The position numbers and the translations under genes were made by a program. The notes below the pieces were generated by a model. That model worked only from the letters and a program-made list of their open reading frames with translations, ran no database searches and had not been told where the DNA came from. A stretch of DNA of 62,861 nt, filler included, from Sphacelaria rigidula (lineage: Eukaryota), in the NCBI GenBank assembly GCA_964200075.2. It is 5 parts of 5 records of this genome, joined end to end, with 100 filler letters (N's around TTAATTAATTAA, not from the genome) between each part and the next. Parts side by side here need not be neighbours in the genome. Positions count along the whole stretch, not along the records: positions 12,594 to 25,086 come from CAXNAA020003701.1; positions 25,187 to 37,678 come from CAXNAA020003702.1; 3 more parts are not named here. One strand, 5' to 3'. Shown here one piece after another: positions 12,494-25,579 of the stretch; within the stretch, counting starts at the first letter, position 1; each line of letters begins with the position of its first letter.

Positions 12494-12593
12494 NNNNNNN
12501 NNNNNNNNNNNNNNNNNNNNNNNNNNNNNNNNNNNNNTTAATTAATTAANNNNNNNNNNNNNNNNNNNNNNNNNNNNNNNNNNNNNNNNNNNN
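12494..12593. other. Artificial contig spacer
   Basis: 100 nt: N run, TTAATTAATTAA, N run. Confidence 0.98.
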
Positions 12594-13039
12594 CCGTGCC
12601 CCGGTTCGAAAGGGATGCGTGGCCAATGGTCAAACGACCAAGGCAAGTAACAAATGAGTACCCCCCCCCCCCCCTCAAGATTTCAAATTGTCGATCTTGG
12701 GGCCTACGTGTCCTGAATTTTGTTTTTCGCTGCCCCCTGGCGGCATGCCCAATTTCTTCGTGACAGTTTTGAGTTGGTTTGGGGGTTGGCTATCGTACAA
12801 AGACTGGGATCGACATCTTATTTACGTGAAACCGAGTAAAAGTGATACCCATCCACGAAATGGCCAATACGTGCAAACCTCATGTTTCTGGAAGTCCGGC
12901 CCCAAAGGGCTGAGGAAGTAAACACAACATTTTGACGAGGAAGTTCTACACGGTATAGCGAGAAGAGGAGATGTACTGGAGTCACGAAGACTTCTTCTAG
13001 GTATTTTCGCGATATTTTATGAACGACGAAATATTTATT

Positions 13040-16000
13040 CTTCTGAGTGATGCTACGGTTGCAGCGCAGTTTTCATTCCAAAAGATTGGGGCCGCACACC
13101 AGCCTCCAAATATTTGTCATGGAGAGGCTCCAACACCGAAGAGCCCCAGAAAAACAAGAAAAGAGCACCCTCACCATGGGCATTACTCATCTCAGGATTT
13201 GCAGAAATGGCTCCAACTATCTGTACCTTTTTTCCCCTCGAGCATCTCGGTCACCTTGTGCGCATTGATGGCTTCATCTCGTAAAACATGGCTCCTAACA
13301 CGTGAAATGAAGCTGTGCAGATCTGGCCAAGCACCAAACAGACTGCTAATCCCACCTTGCGCACGTACGCACCTGAGCACATCGCATACAGTACCCCAAA
13401 AACAAAAACAGACACCACACTGCAAAGAACCCCAACCGGTACGGCAGCACCGACCATCTCAGGCGTAAGCGTCGAGAAGCGTTTTTGCCTCTACCGGCAA
13501 ACCGTATTTCGGATGCACGAACAAAATCCTCGCTTGTAAGCCCTACAATGCCAAGTCTTCATTCAAAAACGCCAACGCAATTCCACCGAATCGATCAAAA
13601 GATCGCAAAAAGGGCTTCGAACAGAAGCACCGTCCGTGACTCCACAATCTCATTTGGCCTCCACTTGACGCCCTTCGGGGTGCCCCGTGGCGTTTTTCAC
13701 GAGGCGATTCCATCGATCTGCGGTTGATGGCCTGGTTCTCGAGCTCATTGACGAGAGTCACCGTAAAAACGAAGGAATCACAACTCAACAAGTTCAAAGA
13801 ACGCAAGAATTTCTTCTTCTTCGCGTGATTCTGCTCGTGAGGGTTCATATTGACGCCAGCCAACTCGTCGCAGGCCTTGAGCCCACCAAACAAAGCTCGA
13901 CACCGCGGTCCATCGGGGAATAGGTTTAGTCCGGCCACCTTTCCGAGAAGCGCATGAGGTTTGCGAACGCGGGCGTCTGCGGGCGGCTTGATATTGAACG
14001 GCAGGCTGTAGCCTTGAACCAGTCCCTTCTTACTGGCACTGTCTCCAGGATCGCAGCCGGATAGAGCAATTTGCAAACACGTCACAGCATGGATGGTGGT
14101 CCCAAACCCCGCCCCTCCACGTAGAACGTGCACTGCGCATATGGTCTGATGGGAGCATACAGAAATTTCGAGCAGCAGTAAAATATTTGCAAGATTGTAT
14201 ACTCGGATAATACCTCAACGTAATTCATGTGTCCGTTTGAGCTAGAACCAAACGGGGGCGCTTTCGGTACTACAGTTACCATCGTTCCAAAGATGAAGGA
14301 GATATTATGCTGATGGAAAAGAGAAAGACAAAAACTTTACATAGTATGTACACAATTTCGGGTTGATATCGTCCCAATTTCAGACAAATCGGCCACTTCA
14401 AACGCGCTTTTTCTTACCGAAATTGGTTGAGTTGCGCCATTCTGGTGCCGGACATGAGTCATGACTGAACGGATAATAATCAGACTAATGTGGTTTTGGA
14501 CCGGGCGCGGCCACCCTCTGCACATAATGTCACATGAAAGGAAAGAAAGTTCGACGATTTTCGTACATTGGAACACCGGGTTTTCCTTCATCATTTGCCC
14601 CCGGGGTAGCGGCGAAATATCGCCATTTTTTTCTTGACCCGTGATACATGATAATTAGTCGGCAGCATGGGGAAAATGAAAACCGCGGAAATGAATGAAA
14701 AGCTGTTATTTAAAAACGACCAAGGGCGCGAAAAAATATACATGAACAGAGTAATGCTAAGGTAACGGTGCACTTTTTGCGAAAAATCATGTCTAGTTCA
14801 GGGGCTCCTGACGATTCCACACACACAAGAATATGGCTCAGGACATTGAAAAAGTAGTAGTGGTGTACTCTCACATTCCCGTAAGTCATGTTTTGGATGA
14901 GATGAAGGGTTTTCAACAGTTCTACCCTCAAAAAATATGTGTGCACCCTTACAGTAGGATCACTCAACACGCGAAAATACTTGGACACGGTCGCGGGCCT
15001 GCACAGAGAATTTGGCCGTAACATACAGGCCAGAGGAGGTACATGTTGACGACACGGTCGCACGACAGTCGGGGCGAGGCGGGAAATGGGGGATGGCTGC
15101 ACTCGTTTTTTCGGTAGATTGAATAAAGTTGAAGGAGACGACCTATGCTATGCCCACACCTGCTTTGGCCTTCATGCGTTCATCGGCGGGTCCTAGTGCT
15201 TCGGCGATGAAATTCACTTTGGCCTGCACAAGGAATATCAGGGAGAGCGCCGTAGATTGGTAGCAAATAAAATAGCAGCTCCCGCAAGCATAGAAGACAC
15301 CGTGGATGTCTGGCCAAGGAGGACGTTGCCCGCCCCTCAATCCATTGGATATCGGTATTGTCGGTAGTGTGACGAATATCGTACACAATTATAATTATAC
15401 CTCACCTCGCCGTAAATGAGTAGCGTTCTCCCTTCTTCAGATTTCACTCCGTTCATGTCACGGTCGGCACCGTGGGGGATGGAACCCTGAAGAGAGAAGT
15501 CGGGCAAGCTGGGCAAAGCCGGTGCTCCACGGAGCCTTGTGGCACCAGCAGCAGTCGCCAACGTTTTGTGGAGGAACTGTCCGCATTTTTCGAGACCGCG
15601 ACAGTCGTTTTCCTTCTCTCCCGCACCGCCTTCCCCGCACTCTCCCGCCGTCGCGACTAATGCCTGTGGAGGCACCCCTGATTTCCTGTAACACCCTCAA
15701 ATTCGTCGCAGTGACTCTGTACTTCTGCATCATCACGAGAGCTGCTTCATACAGGCTGAGAAAGTCGAAACCGTTTCCGTGTAATTATTTTCCAGCTGTC
15801 GATGAGGGTGCCACAGACAGGAACCGCGCACGTATCTGGCGATTCAATAGCCGCAACCTGGATAAGACGGAAGAAGTCCAACCGTGCTGGACTGGCGCCG
15901 ACGGGCTAGTACGCCGAAAGAGGTCGTAGACATCACTCGCCGGGCTCTGCCGTAGGTGGACGACTTCCGCCGCAGGCTCGGCAGGTGTCGTTGGCTTCGT

Positions 16001-19000
16001 GTGAACGCCGAGGTCCGCCAGAGCGGGAATTGAAAAATTGCCGAGCTTTGGCTGTGGCCGAATCAACGACCCGTCGTCGTGTTCTGCAGCCTTCATCTGG
16101 TTGTCGGCGGTGTCATCTTGACGTGCGGCCTCAACGCGGGGAAGGGCGCCACCGTTGGCGAGTAGGTACCCATGTCTCTTCTCCATGATCGGTCTTACCA
16201 AAGGGCGGAACCTACGGCGGGAGAAAAAGGGGACAAGAAGTAGCATTTTCGCGCACGCGAGAAGTGGAGAAAATATGACGATTTGTTTCGCAGACAAGTG
16301 TTTATGTTGGAGCTACAGGCGTACCCCAAAACCCCTGGCGCGCATCACCCACCAACTTCACAACTAGCCCCACATTTTTTCGCCCCTCACGACTCTTCCC
16401 GAAGTCCAGCATTCTGGGGACATGCTGTATGCCTCATCTCATCAGGTCCCCCCGCCTGCCCCAGAAACATGTTGCGCGGTCTGACTCCCATCAGCGGTGT
16501 AGAATCCTTCCACACCGGGCGTCGCCGTAGATCCACACCCCGAGGAAAAATTAGAAAACTCTTCGCTGCCTCCCGTGCGCGACATGAAATGCGTGCGAAG
16601 TTTCTTGAACAAGTCTACAAGCATTTGCTTCGTCGCGTACCGGCCACGATACACACCAGACCGTTCACGTGGGGCGAGAGATATTTTCACAAGTAAGGGG
16701 AGAAACAGCACAAGGCGAGACGAACCACCCCATTCATTGGACGTCTGAGTTACGCGTGTGAAAAGAAACAATGAAAGGATGAAGCTTTGATAGTTTGTAG
16801 GCAGGAGCAATGGATCTGCCATCGTTACTTTCAACATTTCACGTAGAGCCTTGGAGCCAACACCAGCAGCTGAACGCAGTAGTTGTGTTCGTGTCATTGT
16901 GTTTGACGACGGCGTGGGGATTATAGTGGCGGACCAGAAAAAAACATAATATTTCATTTCGCGTAATGTCAAGCGGACAAGGCAACCCGGTTGGCCATTA
17001 ATCGCAAGTAGAGCTTAACCTACAGTGTAAGCAGGGGGCGCGCATGACCATAAAGCACACTGCTAAACTCACATGCTCAATCTGGCCTTGCTCTTGAAAC
17101 ATCGAACGTAAAGACCGCCGAGTTCGCCCTTCTTCATGTCGCCGAGCACCATTATTCCCTTCCCGGAGTCACGCACATAGTTGACGAGGGTCTGCCCGTC
17201 GCCGTTCTCGACGGAGCCAGCCCCCGGTGTCACTCCACGTGAACCTAGTCGGAATATGTTGGATTTCCGATTCTATGGGCTGCAGTTGACGGGTGCCTTC
17301 GTGACGACCTGATATCGCCTATCGAATACCATGCCACTCATCATGCTGAATTTCAACTGTTGTGCCCCGAGATCCGTATCGACGATGGCCTCCTGTCGCG
17401 CCTGCAAAAGTAGATTCACCGACACGTTGTCAGTCGCCGATTTGTTGCAACCATCACACGCTTGTACTCGAGGGGTAGTAACCATCGATGAAGCTGAGGT
17501 AGCCGCACGGGTGGGCCGTCATCGCCTCGAACGCAAAGTAGCACTCCCTCAGCTGGCACAACATGCCCTGGCCGGTGATCCTGCGGGTTGGGATGCGAAG
17601 AGGAACGAAACACGTGCAGAGGGAAAGCACAAATCGCAACGTCACGACCCACAAAGTGGAGAACAAACAACACCTCTCCCGATTACAACAAGCGGGTGGA
17701 AGTTAAGCCTCTTACCGCGGCAAAAGTGGGTCACTGTCTCAACTGATTCGACGCTGGATTCAACGCGGGCTATTACTGCTGTTGTAATGTCATTAGTTGT
17801 GGCTCTCAAGGCAACTATCTCCTGGCTGTGAGGTAGGCTGAATCGGCGTAGGTCAGCATCGCACCGCCACGCCTCTTCGTACTCCTCCGCCCCTTTCTCG
17901 ACCCCAGGTACCATGTGCCTGTGCTCTCGACGGTAGTACCCAACTTTGCGACTTTTTTACCTGTATACCGTGGGCGAAGCGCTCCCTTCGTTTTGACCTG
18001 CGTGCAATTGTCTACGAGGCACGAACGGTTCACCGTCGGTAGTCCACCCAGTGTTTGAAAATGCCCGTCATCCTTCTTGGCCCTTGTATGGCCAACCATC
18101 CGACCATAATGAGCGTCGGAAGACGTTTTACGTCCCGTCAGACACGGGGCCCCGCGTGATGAAATTGACGATTGCCGATGGTCGTCCCGGCACGCATGTA
18201 TATGGTCATTTCAAATGTAGCTCTTACACGAAAGATACTTGTGTCCACTGCGATCCCTCCTGCGGAAACCACGTGCCCACAGTCAAAGCTTGGTGTGGGC
18301 GGTGCCCAGATTTTGGGAGTCCGCTGAGCCCAGCATCCAGAGAGTCCGTGGTCTATCTCAAGGAATCAACCCACCTATTCCCCGCTAACACGCCCAATAT
18401 TTCGGCATCGCGGATTGGATCATGATCATCAGCGCTGCCGTACCACGTCGTATGTCGTACAAACTCTGCCGATCAGACTAGTTCGGGACTCACTTTCACT
18501 TTCTCGTGTTCTTTCAACGTCGGAAATCAGATACGTCTCAGCAAAGAAGAGACAAACTAGACGCGTCGGGCGGGAAACACGATCCCGCCTCTTTTTCGAT
18601 TTAATGGTGTCGGATGTACCATTAAAAAAAACCACCGGGTCGGCGGTGTGGATGTTACTTTGCTGCTATTGTGCGTGTTTTGAATTGCTCTTATTTGGTT
18701 GTCGACATGATGGCTCACTCCCGTCAAGACATGGCGAACGAAGGAGCACAACTCATGGAGAATGAGGATTTCGCTTCCTTTCTGCTTTTATCAGACATTT
18801 GACAGCCCAGGAGCGTGACGGATCGTAAAATTGCCTCGACTTTTTTCGGCGATGTACTACCAGTTACCGAGACATTGCCGGCGATCATTTCGGTGCCGGG
18901 ATCAAAACCACTGCCAAAACGCCCAATCGAAAACTCGATTACCGTCCCCATAAGGTGTTGTCTGAGGCTACCTTTCGCTTCTTGCGGCCTGATCTGAAAA

Positions 19001-19050
19001 ACGGAAACAGACCGGGGAGGCCTGTTTTGGCGCTTGGGCATATCCTTATC
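13040..19050 (-). mobile_element. Decayed KDZ (Kyakuja-Dileera-Zisupton)-like DNA transposase locus; boundaries approximate
   Basis: ORF 13543..14133 has C..LF...LAGVNMNPHEQNHAKKKKFLRSLNLLSCDSF..L.N, resembling the KDZ N-x4-EQ catalytic helix. Upstream fragments include HNISFIFGTM, DWFKAT and Cys-rich PRVQACDGC..AIVDTDLG (CxC-like). Many stops and frameshifts. Confidence 0.6.
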
Positions 19051-19571
19051 TTCGGAGAGGGGCCTCGGCTAACTTCACCACCTCGGAATGACTTGCACCG
19101 CTACCCTCTCAGAGAGGATTCCAGCGCACCTTGCCCACTCTGCACAGGCAATTTGACTCCGTGTCCTTATCTCATTTTCCGATAGGAGAACTCAACACAT
19201 AAACGTCCCCGAATTTCTCATATACCTCTGCATGAAGCCAAGAAACAACTAGTTTGTGATTTGAAACGGTAAGTCGGCCCCACGCTAACGTCTTGCACGG
19301 AAAACTGACCAAATTTTCGCGAAATTCCTCGCAGAGGGAGACAAGCGAATCATTCTAGAGTGACGAAATCCTCTTAGCCCTCTTCTTACAAGATAAAAAC
19401 GCCGAAGTATCGAAATGGATATTTCTCGGAGAGAAGTTTTTCATTCATTTTACCCCGCGAGGATGCAAGGAGACACTCGCTAGGACAAAACTGAAACTAT
19501 GATATACAATACCAAGTTAGACCCGCGTTTTTATACACCGATGATGACAAAGGACTCGTTTCATATCGCAG

Positions 19572-22500
19572 GTCTGTTTTGGCCACCGCGAGACAGCTGG
19601 ATTGTTTCAAGCAAAATCCGCTTTTTCCAGAGACCACCGCAGCGAGCACGGTAAAAATCGTGGTGTCGTTCGTCCAAGTCATCGCTGGTACACCATTCGC
19701 ACTGGCCGTCAGACATCCTGGAGCGCTACTATCCTTCCTAGGGGGGCTCGATATCATGAACATCTCTGTGTTGAAGGTAGGTCTCGCTGACGGCCTCGGG
19801 CCAAAACCGTTCCGGGTGACTGCTGCTGCAAAAACGTTTGAATCGTCGTGTTACCCGCCCCATGGTGAGCACTTGCAAGTGGGTCTTCACTACATCACCC
19901 ACTATCAAGTATTTTGTTTGCACCGTAAATGATTTTGTACTGGTGCGTGCCAATGGAAGCGAGTGCTGTCGCCGTACATGCTACCGCGCATATCCTAACA
20001 ACGTCCCGACGCGAATTTGTGCTCGCCTGTCTGTAAGGCATTTTATTTGGCCTGCGTCTTTCCTGGAAACTACTACGACGAACTACGGCTGAAAATGGCT
20101 GTGCCACTTGTGCTTGGTGCTGCACTCTGCGTTTGGCATCTTGTTCTCTGCCGGAGATGCGCGAGGAGCAAGCATGCGAGCGGAACGAGAGGAGGCCTAC
20201 TATGGACGTATCTCCTTGCTCTGTCGTATTTCACTCTTGCTCCTGTCACAAATGTGGCATTTCGAGCTTTCTCCTGTGAGGTGAGCATGAGTGCGATTTG
20301 GAATCGGTCAAAGGTGCCGAACAAGCGCACGAACCGAGTACTACGAATATGGGTCTCTTTTTGCGACAGAGTATTATCTGTGCTACTACTGTAGTTGGTG
20401 TTGTCCAATCGTTTCGGCGTAAACGCAGTAGTCGTTCTCCGGTAACACTTCGTCCAAACCCAAACGCGGCTACGCCGCCGACGAGTCTTCCCTGGACTTT
20501 ACCTCGACGCTTGGCAGAAGAGATCAATCACGCGCCCTGAACCTTTTTCGTGTCGTGCTGCGCCTCTCAGTCGTTCGATGATGATCGTCGGATGTTGCGA
20601 GCGGACTACTCTATCGACTGCGACGCTGCACAACAGAGCGAGTATCGAGTGCTGGCGGCAGTCGCCATGCTCTTCACTGCGGGTATCCTCGCACTTCATT
20701 GGTTTGTGCTCGTGATGAATCGGCAGCTGCTGTATCCTCCCGAGGTGTACGGCAAGCCGAAAGAGGACAAGATTATCGCCCTGGAAGCCAAGCGAGGAAA
20801 CGCGCTCAGGTTACGGCCTTTCCTGATCGTACACGACGCATGTGAGGCGCCTTTCATTTATCTCTGTGTCTGCTTGGTTATGAACTGCCACGTTGACGGC
20901 TGAGTGTCTGGAGGCTTATTTCTGGCGGTACGCCTCAGGATCGACGTTTTCCAAAACCAATCGAGCCAGTCCCTGCAGGGACCACGCCCCTGACCCTAAC
21001 TCCAACACTAACCCTCACACCAACCCTAACCGTAGGGATGATTAAACTCCCATGCGGTCCCCTAAGCAGGCGGTCCTCCCACGCATTACAGCGGTTATCT
21101 CTCTAGCAATTCACGAGCGAAGGTTGATCCGACGCGCTCTGCGCGTGCTATGGGAAACGCTTTCGGTGTCCGAATTTTATGCATTTCCAGCTCTGTCAGG
21201 AATGGTCTCTACCTTCTGCAAGCGACCTAACACGAAGGTGTCTCAGCAGCAGGTTGGCCAATCGACTCATTCATATGATGTCGGCGAGCACAGTACTGAT
21301 TACTCGGGCATACCGCTCTTATACGCCATAACCTCCGAACGTCGCACCGCACGCGCGTTGCAGACGAGCCGAGAGCGTGGTGGTACGAGGGATTTGAAAC
21401 TCTTCGTCGCATTTCTCTGGCCGCCGTTGCGGGCTTCCCCGTCACCACTCCCTCTCGGCTTTGGATTGCAATGGGCATCACGGCGGTGAGAAAAAACGCG
21501 ATCATGAACCAAATCGAACACCTCGAAAGTGGTTGTAATGGGGCAGAGTCCACGTACGTGAGCTTTGAGGTGGAGATACTCAGTAACTCTGAAACACTCG
21601 GTATTTTAAGCAGTCGATAATCTAGGTACTTGAGAGTTTTCAGTACTTGGATGACTTGATACTCCAGGTAATCTGGAATGCTGGGTGCGTTCCTTGAGTT
21701 AATACCTCCGGTACCCCGGGATACTGGGCGTCTTCGGCAGTCGATATTCCAACTACTCTCGAGTACTGCATACTGACAGTACCGGAGATGCAGCGGATCC
21801 GGGGTATCGTGCTGGATATTCAGCACCTTCCAACCACTCTTCTTGTGATTTTTTGTTCGAGCTTGGCGTGGTCGTAGGGAAAGCTGAAGTTAAAGCTTGA
21901 AAAATAAAATATTTGCTCTTGAGCGTGCGGCGTGTCTGATGTCACCCTCACGCCAACCGTGATGCGCATATACAGATATCTACCGCACGTCCACTGTGCT
22001 GTACCCAGCATGGCTTCTTTCCGTTTTTTGCGAGGTAAAACTCCAGGGAAATCATGGAATACAGAACAACACCCAGTACTACGGGGAGTTCATACCCTGC
22101 CTACCCTGGAGTACTTCGTATTTTTGGCAGGCGATACCCTGGATCCTCTGAAATATACGCGGTACTTCAGCTGTCGATACTACAAGGACTGTTGTCTGGG
22201 ATACTCAGTGCTTTGGGGGAGTCAGCGGTCCATTCATCCATTCATCCATCCATCCATCCATCCATTCATTCATTCATTGTCGCAATTTAACTGACCCCCC
22301 AGGGATCATGTACTCTGAAATACCCGGTGTTTTCGGTGATGTAGTACTCCAAATACTTTGAAATGCTCTACTTCGTAGGTACTCTGGAGAGCTCAGTACT
22401 TTGCGTGAGCCGACATCAGGCACTGGAATCGCTCGTCTATCTCGGCGGCACTATCAACAGTACCGGCTATGTCACCCCTGAATTCAACCGCTGCATTGGC

Positions 22501-24363
22501 CAAGCATGGAAGTACTCCAAGTACAGCAGAGCGGTATACGATATTCCGTATACTCAGTACTGAGGAGTAGTAGATCCGCAGGTACTCCGGGATACTCCGT
22601 ATCATTGGCCGAAAATACTTTTGTAGCCAACGCTGGCTATCCCAGGCGGCCTTCGTGCCGTACGGGGTATGTGTGAATTAGAATAATCAACGCAGGCGTT
22701 ACTGGTTACCAGGCAAAATTCTGCTGCAACGGTGTAGTTTGCGGGACGTTTCTCAAATACAGTATAATATCTTCACAACAAACCGGCGGACGAAATGGAT
22801 TTTCAGCTAGACAATGTTGATTGCGCGTGAAATTTATTTTGACAGCGGAAAACCTATATCTGAATTTTGCAGCAGGAGTACCGATTCGGCTAACAAAAAC
22901 GACAGCGTTTTGAGGCAACAGTATATTCAGCTTCCATATTATTGTGGACGGCAGATCGATCCGTTCATCATTGGTTGCATTACAACTTCTGAGACTGCAT
23001 GATGACCCGCGTTGCGAGTAGATTGCCAGAGTTTGACGTTGTGATTGCTCCTGTGTTCAGCTACAACAGCATATATATTTTCTCTGGGTGAATCATGCCC
23101 AGCGTAGGGAGGGTTACTGCTCAATAGTTCAACATTCCGCCGTTTTTTTCGGCTGATGAATGTCGTGCGACACGTAGTGTACTCGAAGCAACTGAAAGCT
23201 GCTTTTGCTCGACATAGCGATAGTAGAAGCAGTTTTATGAGTGTCGTCTTCCGTGTACTGGATCAAAGTAAGACTTCATGTAAGCACGGGAGTGGTTGGT
23301 TTTGTAGGTGAGCGCCCACTAGTGCAGAAGCCCGATATCAACTTGTGGAACAGGAGCTCGGGGGCCTGTACCCCCGGATTTGCGACTGGCGCAGCTCCCG
23401 AGATATCTGATGTGACTGTACCGGACGTCGTGCCTGCGATATACCTGTTGTACAACGAGGGGACATTCGACCACTGAAAAGGCAATGAGCGCGCTGATTT
23501 ACCGGTTAAATGTCCCCTTGTCGAACACTCCGGAGTAACGAGTACTGAAAACACTTTGAAAAGCTGCAGTACGTGAGATATCGTACTCCATCGAAATCGC
23601 CTTTGATCAGTTCGTGTGAATGGCGCTGAACTTTGCGTCTCTAACCCATCCGCCCTCGCACTCTGTGTATCACCATCTTCTCCGCTTCCGGTTCTCTGAA
23701 CAATGTCGGTCTGATTCCGTGTACCCGTCTTTGCCCCTGCGGTCTTATCTGAGTAACTCCCCTTCTCTTCGCCAATCCAATACGCCTGGATTGCACACGC
23801 AGCTCAGTCTGGCGATGAACGCGATATTCTGCCCGTTCGTCGACATACTGGACGACCGCGTGTACTCGAGCGCGCAGATCGTGGTGAGCCTGGAACCCGC
23901 TGATGTGGACGTCTCTTCTCTGTTTGCACTATGGTCTGTCTCACCTCCCTGTTTCTTTGTCGCTGTAAATGGCACGAAGAACCTCCGCTGGATCAGTTCG
24001 TTTCTCCCTCATTCGACGTACCGGCAAAAATTGACCATATGCCGCCCACCGGGAAACATTTTGGTAGCAAATTGTCAAACCTGCGTGTACGCTGCCGGCG
24101 TTTTTGAGGCTCCTTTGCATTTTTCTCACCCGATTGAATATTTTTCGACGCAGACTCTGGCGGTACTGATATCGGCACTGATGGTGGACACTCGCGTGAT
24201 GGATGGAGACGAGGGTCCTGCGCAATGGCTGGGCTTTACTCTATCTACGATCATTATCGGCATCATACTTGCAGCTTTTGTTGTTGTGGTGATCAAATGG
24301 CGCAGTCGAGGCTTCCACGAAACGCCGGTAAGGTATACAGGAGATAGGAAACTTCCACTGTGA
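19572..24363 (+). CDS. 3' six exons of a multi-pass (7TM-like) membrane protein of the stramenopile KI..SF.Q family; 5' exons not seen
   Basis: Exons 19572-19776, 20038-20280, 20571-20841, 21364-21485, 23803-23883 and 24154-~24363 have AG/GT boundaries with compatible phases. Motifs: KIVVSFVQVI, AFRAFSCESFDD..LRADYSIDC, YEPRAWWYEGFETLRRISL, CPF..ILDD. Confidence 0.85.
20900..21090 (+). mobile_element. Telomere-repeat MITE, intronic copy with decayed left TIR
   Basis: CAGGATCGACG..GTCCCTGCAGGGAC..degenerate CCCTAA units..ATGCGGTCC..CACGCATTACA, colinear with 44091-44242. Confidence 0.8.
22230..22306 (-). repeat. Retroposon-like 3' tail with tetranucleotide microsatellite
   Basis: Reverse complement GGGGGTCAGTTAAATTGCGACAAT(GAAT/GGAT)n matches 41489-41553. 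Confidence 0.65.
22421..22550 (+). pseudogene. RTE-clade LINE fragment (RT C-terminal region)
   Basis: LVYLGGTINSTGYVTPEFNRCIGQAWKYSKYSRAVYDIP fits the F.YLG..I...G....EI.RRI..AW pattern. Confidence 0.75.
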
Positions 24364-24924
24364 GAAGAATCAGAGCAGGCGAAGAGATCAACGCAATGCT
24401 CGAGGGCGAAATCGTCCCTTGCTCTTTCCCGCGCCACTGATTCGAGCGCCATGGGTCACTTCCGCATTGCCGGCAGGTCGACATGGAAGCCCAAAACTCG
24501 CAGCGGGAGCCAATCGGTGTGAGCTTCGTCAATGAATTCGATGAAGAGGAGCAGCGAGAAAGGCAAGAAACCACGCATGCCTGCACAAATTCACTCACCT
24601 AACCAAATTCCGTTATGTTTGTGTTTGTGTTTCCTCCACATACGCTTTTTTCCGCGTGCGGCAAAAACTCTATACAAGTACGACAGCATTCTCGAGGAAG
24701 ATACCGCGGCACTCTCCAGCTCTGTAGTATGAACACCTTGCCTGCAACAATGGGGACGTCTGTGGTGTTCACGCCGTTCCGTTCGCTGAATCCGTCTTCG
24801 GTTACGTAGGTTAGGATCTGATTGACATGACCTTGGCTTTAGTTTTTCCCTGCATTTTCTACAATGCCCCCCCCCAAAAACCCAGCTGGTAAAACACCCA
24901 TGAGGCAGTGTATTAGACGTGGCT

Positions 24925-25086
24925 GTCTCTGGAAGTGGCGGTACCAGACAATAAAGCAACTCATTGGAGGCTGTCATCCACTTGCAAAATGATCAGTAGG
25001 CTACGGGCCGAACACTCTTAGCAGGATGCAGCTCACCCTTCATGCGACTCGCCGGACACGCCACGGCGCTTCGCGCTTGGTGGTTG
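24925..25086 (+). repeat. Multicopy repeat, copy 1 (contig end)
   Basis: Core GCAGGATGCAGCTCACCCTTCATGCGA is identical at ~37612 and, on the minus strand, ~62807-62833. Confidence 0.85.
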
Positions 25087-25186
25087 NNNNNNNNNNNNNN
25101 NNNNNNNNNNNNNNNNNNNNNNNNNNNNNNTTAATTAATTAANNNNNNNNNNNNNNNNNNNNNNNNNNNNNNNNNNNNNNNNNNNN
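25087..25186. other. Artificial contig spacer
   Basis: N run with TTAATTAATTAA. Confidence 0.98.
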
Positions 25187-25579
25187 GGCGTGGGGGGGCG
25201 GTGGGGGGGGGGGGTGTGGGGTTGGGGGTATATATATTCCAACGCAGGTCACTTGATCATTCTGTTATTTCGTTTGTGCTGTTCGTTTTCTGCTATGCTG
25301 TCGTGCGCTTCTGCCTACACGCCGATGTCCTCCTCTGGGATATGAAATACTCCAATGGCAACGTATGACAGAAACGATATCGCTGTCTCGTGTAAGGCCC
25401 TAGAAGGCATTTCGAAACTGATAGCATTTCATTAATTAGATGACGGCTTCTAAGTGTCGGTCGGACCCTAAGCTTGCAACCTCGCGGGAGCATTTGTCTT
25501 CATGGCACGGGAGGAAGTGCGGGTGTGCTGGAGCCTCTTCCTGCCGCCGTTGCAACACCGGGGTGCGAGCCTTATCGAA

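Noticed and set aside
12538-12549. Conserved TTAATTAATTAA regulatory motif
   Set aside because: Synthetic all-frame stop linker inside N runs.
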